Shown one piece after another: positions 58,394 to 64,000 of a stretch of 64,000 nucleotides of DNA. The stretch comes from Staphylococcus phage vB_Sau_S24. The stretch's first letter is position 1. Each line of letters starts with the position of its first letter. The notes below the pieces were generated by a model, which did no database searches, had not been told where the DNA came from, and saw nothing but the letters and a program-made list of their open reading frames with translations. The DNA lies in sequence record KY794643.1; one strand, written 5' to 3'. Both the position numbers and the translations under genes were made by a program.

Positions 58394-59863
58394 ATGCTAA
58401 ATCCAACATTAATGTGTGACTTCTACAAATTAAGTCACAGAGAACAATATCCTGAAGGTACAGAAATTGTATATAGTACACTTGTACCTAGAAGTAACAA
58501 ATATTATGAACATAGTGATAATATTGTAGTATTTGGTATTCAATCACTTGTTAAAAAGTATTTTATTGATATGTTTAATAGAGAATTTTTTAATAGACCT
58601 AAAAAGGAAGTTATTAACGAATATAAACGTACAGTTAAATTCACATTAGGGCAAGAAAACCCTGACGCTAAACATTTAGAGCAGTTACATGACCTAGGCT
58701 ACTTACCTATTGATGTAAGAGCTTTAAAAGAGGGTACAGTAGTTCACCCTAATACACCTGTTATGACAATAGAAAATACTCACTCAGATTTCTTTTGGCT
58801 AACTAACTACTTAGAAACTATTATTAGTACTCAAACATGGCAAGCAATGACAAGTGCTACACTAGCATATGATATGCGTAAAATGTTAGATAAATATGCA
58901 ATAGAAACGGTAGGTAGTATTGATGCAGTAGATTTCCAAGGACATGACTTTAGTATGCGTGGGATGAGTTCACTAGAAACAGCTCAATTAAGTTCAGCAG
59001 GACATGCAATTAGTTTTAAAGGTAGTGACACTGTACCTGTAGTGGAATTCCTAGAATCTTATTACAATGCAGATGTAGAAAAAGAAATGGTTGTTGCCTC
59101 TATCCCTGCTACTGAGCATTCAGTTATGTGTGCAAACGGTGATTATGAGACAATGGATGAATACGAAACATACAAACGTATGTTAACGGAAATCTATCCA
59201 ACAGGAGTATTCTCTATTGTATCTGATACTTGGGACTTTTGGGGTAATATGACTAAAACTTTACCTAGACTAAAAGATATTATTATGGAAAGAGACGGTA
59301 AAGTAGTAATCAGACCTGATAGTGGAGACCCTGTTAAGATTATCTGCGGTGACCCTGATGCAGATACTGAGCATGAACGTAAAGGTGCTGTAGAAGTACT
59401 TTGGGACACTTTTGGAGGTACAGAAACTGAAAAAGGATATAAAGTACTAGATGAGCATGTAGGGCTAATTTACGGTGATTCTATTAACTATGAGCGTGCT
59501 CAACAAATTTGTGAGGGATTAAAAGAAAAGGGTTTTGCAAGTATTAACGTGGTATTAGGCGTAGGTAGTTTCTCTTATCAATTTAATACTCGTGATACTC
59601 ATGGATTTGCAATCAAAGCAACGTATGCTAAGATTAAAAATGAAGAGAAGCTTATCTATAAGAACCCTAAAACAGATAGCGGTAAACGTTCACACAAAGG
59701 TAGAGTAGCTGTTTACAAAGATGGCTCATGGGAAGATAACCTAAACCTTCACCAGTGGTTAAACAAACAGAATTTAAACCAATTAGAACGAGTATTTGAA
59801 GACGGTAAACTATATCGAGACCAGTCATTAAGTGAAATCAGAGAGATAATTAAAAATAATTAA
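58394..59863 (+). CDS. nadV: nicotinamide phosphoribosyltransferase (NAMPT/NadV)
   Basis: 489 aa; N-terminal 'MLNPTLMCDFYKLSHREQYP' is the conserved NAMPT start; directly downstream of prs-like gene. Confidence 0.85.
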   Translation: MLNPTLMCDFYKLSHREQYPEGTEIVYSTLVPRSNKYYEHSDNIVVFGIQSLVKKYFIDMFNREFFNRPKKEVINEYKRTVKFTLGQENPDAKHLEQLHDLGYLPIDVRALKEGTVVHPNTPVMTIENTHSDFFWLTNYLETIISTQTWQAMTSATLAYDMRKMLDKYAIETVGSIDAVDFQGHDFSMRGMSSLETAQLSSAGHAISFKGSDTVPVVEFLESYYNADVEKEMVVASIPATEHSVMCANGDYETMDEYETYKRMLTEIYPTGVFSIVSDTWDFWGNMTKTLPRLKDIIMERDGKVVIRPDSGDPVKIICGDPDADTEHERKGAVEVLWDTFGGTETEKGYKVLDEHVGLIYGDSINYERAQQICEGLKEKGFASINVVLGVGSFSYQFNTRDTHGFAIKATYAKIKNEEKLIYKNPKTDSGKRSHKGRVAVYKDGSWEDNLNLHQWLNKQNLNQLERVFEDGKLYRDQSLSEIREIIKNN

Positions 59864-59882
59864 TAAATAGTTAAACTCCCTA

Positions 59883-59911
59883 TTGACAAATAGGGGTTTC
59901 TATTATATAAT
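59883..59911 (+). promoter_or_regulatory. sigma70-type promoter TTGACA-N17-TATAAT; -35 in hairpin loop
   Basis: -35 flanked by AAACTCCCTA / TAGGGGTTT inverted repeat. Confidence 0.5.
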
Positions 59912-59941
59912 ATACCTATAATAAATAAGAGGAGGGTTAAT

Positions 59942-60196
59942 ATGATATACGTTGGAGTAACGGAGAAAGAAAAACTAGTTGCAGGAGACTTAGTAAAATC
60001 AAAAGAAGAAAATAAATGGGGTATAGTAGTAGGAGATAAACAAGACTTAAATGTACTTATTCTAGATGATGAACCTTGGTTGTTTTATAAATCAGGTATT
60101 AAAAGAGTAGAAGGGCAATTAGAGGAGGATTTTAAATTTATTAAAAATAAAAGTGAATATAATATGGATATAGGTGATGGGATTTATTCAGATTAA
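59942..60196 (+). CDS. hypothetical protein (84 aa)
   Basis: SD GAGGAGGG; promoter 59883-59911. Confidence 0.4.
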   Translation: MIYVGVTEKEKLVAGDLVKSKEENKWGIVVGDKQDLNVLILDDEPWLFYKSGIKRVEGQLEEDFKFIKNKSEYNMDIGDGIYSD

Positions 60197-60218
60197 ACTA
60201 AATAGTAAGGATGAGAAT

Positions 60219-60530
60219 ATGAAAAAAGTAATAGTATTACTTACAATCACTTTGTCTTTACTATTAGGAGGTTGCTCTCCTGATAATCATGAAGGTAAAG
60301 TAGTAGGTGTAGGTGAGTATAGAGAACCAACTACTTTTATAAAATCAGGGAATGTCACTGTACCGGTCATTGGTGAAATGAGATACTATGTAGACTTAGA
60401 GACAGATAAAGGAGAAGACCGTGTATACCTTAATAGGAAGGTTTATCATAAGTTTGATAAAGGTGATGATTTCTCTAATGTAGGTGGGAAAGTGTATAGG
60501 AATGATGAATTAATTTATAAAGAAGAATAA
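60219..60530 (+). CDS. lipoprotein
   Basis: start ATG 60219; signal peptide plus lipobox 'LSLLLGGCSPD'. Confidence 0.5.
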   Translation: MKKVIVLLTITLSLLLGGCSPDNHEGKVVGVGEYREPTTFIKSGNVTVPVIGEMRYYVDLETDKGEDRVYLNRKVYHKFDKGDDFSNVGGKVYRNDELIYKEE

Positions 60531-60538
60531 AAAACTTT

Positions 60539-60568
60539 AACTCTATCTATTGACTTAGGTAGAGTTTT
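60539..60568 (+). terminator. weak hairpin terminator
   Basis: AACTCTA / TAGAGTT 7-bp stem, 14-nt loop, T4. Confidence 0.3.
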
Positions 60569-60578
60569 ATAGTATACT
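60550..60578 (+). promoter_or_regulatory. sigma70-type promoter TTGACT-N17-TATACT; -35 in hairpin loop
   Basis: followed by TATACTAAGAGTATAT element. Confidence 0.5.
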
Positions 60579-60608
60579 AAGAGTATATCAAATAAGGAGA
60601 TGGAAAAT

Positions 60609-60899
60609 ATGAGAATTTATATAAGCAATGATTACAATGAGAAGTTACTTGATAAGTGTTTGAGAGATATCAGAGAGACTAAAAAGAGTATTACTTATAG
60701 TATGAACTATGGAGAGAAGGATATCAAGGAGGCAGATATTGAAGTTATTCATCTTGATAAGAATATGTTAGAAACAGAAAGAAGGGCTTTTGCGTATTCT
60801 AAGTTTACAGGAGACTGTATTTGCTTGTTCCCTTACAAAGTTATACTTATAAGAGAAGGGCAACTAGTATTTAATTTTAAATGGGAGGAATTAATATGA
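60609..60899 (+). CDS. hypothetical protein (96 aa)
   Basis: ATG 60609 (AAGGAGATGG SD) preferred over track 60600; promoter 60550-60578. Confidence 0.4.
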   Translation: MRIYISNDYNEKLLDKCLRDIRETKKSITYSMNYGEKDIKEADIEVIHLDKNMLETERRAFAYSKFTGDCICLFPYKVILIREGQLVFNFKWEELI

Positions 60900-61009
60900 A
60901 TACAGAGAAATTATTAAAAACATCACATATGTATGAAAATGTAAAGCAGTATGACATTAAGAAACTACCAAAACCAAGTATGGTAAGTAAAGACAAATAT
61001 ATGAAGTAA
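60896..61009 (+). CDS. 37-aa basic peptide, not in ORF track
   Basis: ATG overlaps upstream stop (ATGA) with GGGAGGAA SD. Confidence 0.25.
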   Translation: MNTEKLLKTSHMYENVKQYDIKKLPKPSMVSKDKYMK

Positions 61010-61039
61010 TAGAAGAATCATTTTATAGGAGGAGTTATA

Positions 61040-61261
61040 ATGTATATAAAAATATATCCTAAAACAGGAGAGCCATATTATTTCCAAAAGATGATTGGTA
61101 AGTATGCTGTAAAAGGAACTAAGAATTTAAAAGATGCTACAATGTTTAAGACATTCAAAGATAGTAAAAAGATAATGGATTCACTAAATCTAAAATTCTC
61201 ATTAGACTATTCATTGTTTGAAGATGTACGAGACACAGATTATCTTTTAAGAGGTTTTTAA
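61040..61261 (+). CDS. hypothetical protein (73 aa)
   Basis: SD TAGGAGGAG. Confidence 0.4.
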   Translation: MYIKIYPKTGEPYYFQKMIGKYAVKGTKNLKDATMFKTFKDSKKIMDSLNLKFSLDYSLFEDVRDTDYLLRGF

Positions 61262-61295
61262 AATTAAAACACACATTTTATAAGGAGGAAATGCA

Positions 61296-61529
61296 ATGAA
61301 ATATATAACACATAGACAAATTGATTATATAGTACATTTACACAAGATACTCTCAGAGTTTGGGTTTGTCGATTTCGAGTTTAAAACCTACTCAGAATAT
61401 AGCAAACTAAATATTAAACAAGCAAGTTCATACATTAGAAAACTAGAGAATGAAATGACACCTAATGTATATGATAACATAGAAGAGAAAGCTTGTTTAG
61501 AAGAAGTATATGGTATAGGGCAAGAGTAA
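61296..61529 (+). CDS. hypothetical protein (77 aa)
   Basis: SD AAGGAGGAAA. Confidence 0.4.
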   Translation: MKYITHRQIDYIVHLHKILSEFGFVDFEFKTYSEYSKLNIKQASSYIRKLENEMTPNVYDNIEEKACLEEVYGIGQE

Positions 61530-61558
61530 TATTAAATAAAGGGGAAGGAGGAAATACA

Positions 61559-61840
61559 ATGATAAGTAGAAAAGATTTAATTAATAGAGTTAATAACAGT
61601 ATAAATAATCCAACAGATGAAGAAATTAAACATGGAGAGAAGATTTTAAAAAAGTTAGATAAAGGGGTTAAAGAGGTTGCTTATAGAGGAGGAGACTTAG
61701 TTCATTTTCCTTTCTTCATCAGACCTACATTAGGCACTGTTAAATATGTCATAGATAGACTAGAGAATCTAGGTTATGATGTACAGGTACATGATGGTGA
61801 TGCAGGTCACTATATAAATATTTATTTAAATAAGGGTTGA
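61559..61840 (+). CDS. hypothetical protein (93 aa)
   Basis: start ATG 61559 (GGAAGGAGGAAA SD). Confidence 0.4.
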   Translation: MISRKDLINRVNNSINNPTDEEIKHGEKILKKLDKGVKEVAYRGGDLVHFPFFIRPTLGTVKYVIDRLENLGYDVQVHDGDAGHYINIYLNKG

Positions 61841-61865
61841 CATTAAATAAATAACGTGTTAAGAT
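61837..61865 (+). promoter_or_regulatory. sigma70-type promoter TTGACA-N17-TGtTAAGAT upstream of Pnkp-like gene
   Basis: perfect -35, weaker extended -10. Confidence 0.4.
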
Positions 61866-61897
61866 TAATATATAATCAATTAAGGAGGAAAGTTAAC

Positions 61898-64000
61898 ATG
61901 AAACAATTAGTATTAATGAGAGGGGTGCCGGGAGCCGGAAAGTCTACTTTTATTAAAGAGAATGGGTTAGAACCTTACACTCTCTCCCCTGATGAACTTA
62001 GAACAATGCATACAAGCCCTATATATAATGAGCAAGGAATGAAAGTTATATCTCAGAAACACGATAATAAAGTTTGGGATAACCTAATGGAAATTCTTGA
62101 AGAAAGAATGATTAATGGGGATTTTACTGTTATTGATGCTACGCACTCTACAGGAAAATTAATTAAAAAATATGAGACACTAGCTCGTAAATATCGTTAT
62201 CGTACTTATGTAGTAACTATTGAGCAAGATTTAGACACATTAATTGAACGTAATAACCAAAGAAAAGAGTTAAAAAAGGTTCCTGAAGAAGTAATTTACA
62301 ATATTTATGAAAGGTTACAACATGAACATATCCCTAGTTATGCTACAGAAATTAGCTCAGATGAATTAATGGATAAGATTAAATGGAAAAAAGATTCCTT
62401 TGATGCCGATAATTATGATAAAATCCATGTTATTGGGGACGTTCATTCATGTTTTACAGTAATTAATCAGTTTGCAAGTTATCAAAAAATTATTGATAAT
62501 CCAAATGAGTTATTTATCTTTGTCGGGGACTACTTTGATAGAGGTTTAGAGACTAAAGAGGTGTTTGATTACTTAGAACTAATTTATAAACAACCTAATG
62601 TAGTGTTGTTGGAAGGTAATCATGAGAGACACTTAAGACGATATGCCTTTTTAGATGAGGAAGATTATTTAAGTTTAGATTGTACAGATAAAGATTTCTA
62701 TGATACTGCAATGAAATTATTCCATGCAAGAGGTTTTATTCCTACGCTTAAAGAATTCATGACATATGGAATTACTCAAAAACAAGTAAGACGTATTGTT
62801 CATAAATTACAGCAAATAGTATACTTCAATTATAAAGGGCAATACTATATGATTAATCATGGTGGTATCTTACCTAATATGTTAGATGACATTAACTTAG
62901 TATCAACTCACCAAATCATTAATGGCGTAGGTGGGTATGAATATCAAATTGATGAGCAATGGGATGACTCAGATGTTATTCAGATTCACGGTCACAGAAA
63001 TCTTTATAGGGAGCCTTTAGATGTAACAAAACAATCTATTAATTTAGAGGGAAGAGTTGAAAAAGGAGGTTCTTTAAGAGCTGTAACGATTAATGAAGAC
63101 AATACTTTAACGCCTTATGAAATTAAAAACGAAGTATATGATTCTAAATTTTTATTAAACAATGACTATACAGAAGATATTGACCCTAATCTAACAGTTG
63201 AAGATTATTTAAAACTAGCAAAAGAAGACCCCTATATTAAAGTCGTACCTCAATATGATAATGTAGTATCTGTAAACTTTACTAGAAAGGCTTTTAGCAG
63301 AAAGCATTGGAACCAATTATCTGTTACTGCTAGAGGATTATTTATTGATGAGAGTACAAATAAAATTGTTGGTAGAGGGTATAATAAATTCTTTAATATT
63401 AATGAAAGACCTGAAACAAAATTAGAAAATCTACCTGATACTTTAGAATTCCCTGTATATGCTTCATTAAAATATAATGGATTCTTGGGGTTAATGTTCT
63501 ATGACAATAATCGTGATGAACTAATTTACGCTAGCAAATCGAAAACACATTTATCACAACATGATAATTCTTTTGCTCTATTATTTAAAGAAATTGTTGA
63601 AGAAACATGGACTACTGAACAAATTAAAAATACAAAAAAATATTTAAAAGAAACAAATAAAACACTTTTATTTGAAGTAATAGATAATATTAATGACCCT
63701 CATATTATTGATGATGGAGATAAAAGAAGAGTAGTATTATTAGATGCTGTTGACAACACGCTTAAATTTAATAAACTAGTTGGAGAAGAGCTCATTTATC
63801 TTGCAGTAAATGTGATTGGTATTGATAAAAATGTATCCACTTCTAATTTCTCTTTCTCTAATTGGAATGACTTATTTACTTTTTACCAAGACTTAGAAAA
63901 AGATAATTCTTTTGCAATAGAAGGGTTTGTGTTAGAAGACTCTAATGGGTTCATGTTAAAATATAAAACACCATATTACAATAATTGGAAATATATGAGA
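61898..64000 (+). CDS. Pnkp-like polynucleotide 5'-kinase / metallophosphatase / ligase-like trifunctional RNA-repair protein (5' partial, runs off window)
   Basis: own translation of frame from ATG 61898 (AAGGAGGAAAG SD) is open to position 64000: P-loop 'GVPGAGKST' and 'VIDATH'; then 'IHVIGDVHSC', 'GDYFDRG', 'LEGNHE', 'NHGG', 'IHGHRN' calcineurin-type phosphatase motifs; then 'SLKYNGF' (KxNG nucleotidyltransferase motif I) and 'EGFVLE', 'LKYK' ligase-like motifs. Confidence 0.65.
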   Translation, partial: MKQLVLMRGVPGAGKSTFIKENGLEPYTLSPDELRTMHTSPIYNEQGMKVISQKHDNKVWDNLMEILEERMINGDFTVIDATHSTGKLIKKYETLARKYRYRTYVVTIEQDLDTLIERNNQRKELKKVPEEVIYNIYERLQHEHIPSYATEISSDELMDKIKWKKDSFDADNYDKIHVIGDVHSCFTVINQFASYQKIIDNPNELFIFVGDYFDRGLETKEVFDYLELIYKQPNVVLLEGNHERHLRRYAFLDEEDYLSLDCTDKDFYDTAMKLFHARGFIPTLKEFMTYGITQKQVRRIVHKLQQIVYFNYKGQYYMINHGGILPNMLDDINLVSTHQIINGVGGYEYQIDEQWDDSDVIQIHGHRNLYREPLDVTKQSINLEGRVEKGGSLRAVTINEDNTLTPYEIKNEVYDSKFLLNNDYTEDIDPNLTVEDYLKLAKEDPYIKVVPQYDNVVSVNFTRKAFSRKHWNQLSVTARGLFIDESTNKIVGRGYNKFFNINERPETKLENLPDTLEFPVYASLKYNGFLGLMFYDNNRDELIYASKSKTHLSQHDNSFALLFKEIVEETWTTEQIKNTKKYLKETNKTLLFEVIDNINDPHIIDDGDKRRVVLLDAVDNTLKFNKLVGEELIYLAVNVIGIDKNVSTSNFSFSNWNDLFTFYQDLEKDNSFAIEGFVLEDSNGFMLKYKTPYYNNWKYMR

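Overview
The window reads as a contiguous stretch of a large, AT-rich, virulent Herelleviridae-type myophage of a low-GC Gram-positive host. The gene set and order resemble Twort-like/Kayvirus-like Staphylococcus phages, but that assignment rests on gene content only and no search was run. All credible genes are on the + strand.

From 5' to 3' the window contains:
1. A baseplate and receptor-binding module (92-13468), with a LysM-like protein, a baseplate-J-like protein, two proteins over 1100 aa, and three tail-fibre/RBP genes that share an N-terminal 'MAxNF/Y' motif.
2. A replication and recombination module with host-type promoters. It encodes a DEAH helicase, a Rep-like wHTH protein, a DnaB-like helicase, Mre11/Rad50 (SbcD/SbcC) homologues, a DnaG-like primase, a RecU-like resolvase, class Ib RNR (nrdI-nrdE-nrdF plus a thioredoxin-like protein), an HU-like protein, an intact family-A DNA polymerase, a candidate SSB, a RecA/UvsX-like recombinase and a sigma-factor-like protein.
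3. FN3/Big_2 Ig-like proteins, a metallophosphoesterase, and a PD-(D/E)xK nuclease-like protein.
4. A 358-bp AT-rich non-coding gap (45093-45450).
5. A dense array of about 45 small early-type genes (45451-57450 and 59942-61840), many with their own TTGACA-N17-TATACT promoter, many membrane or acidic proteins, and several unlisted small ORFs.
6. An NAD+ salvage pair (Prs-like and NadV).
7. At the window end, the start of a large kinase-phosphatase-ligase (Pnkp-like) RNA-repair-type protein.

No tRNA, CRISPR array, intron, homing-endonuclease gene or minus-strand gene could be supported.
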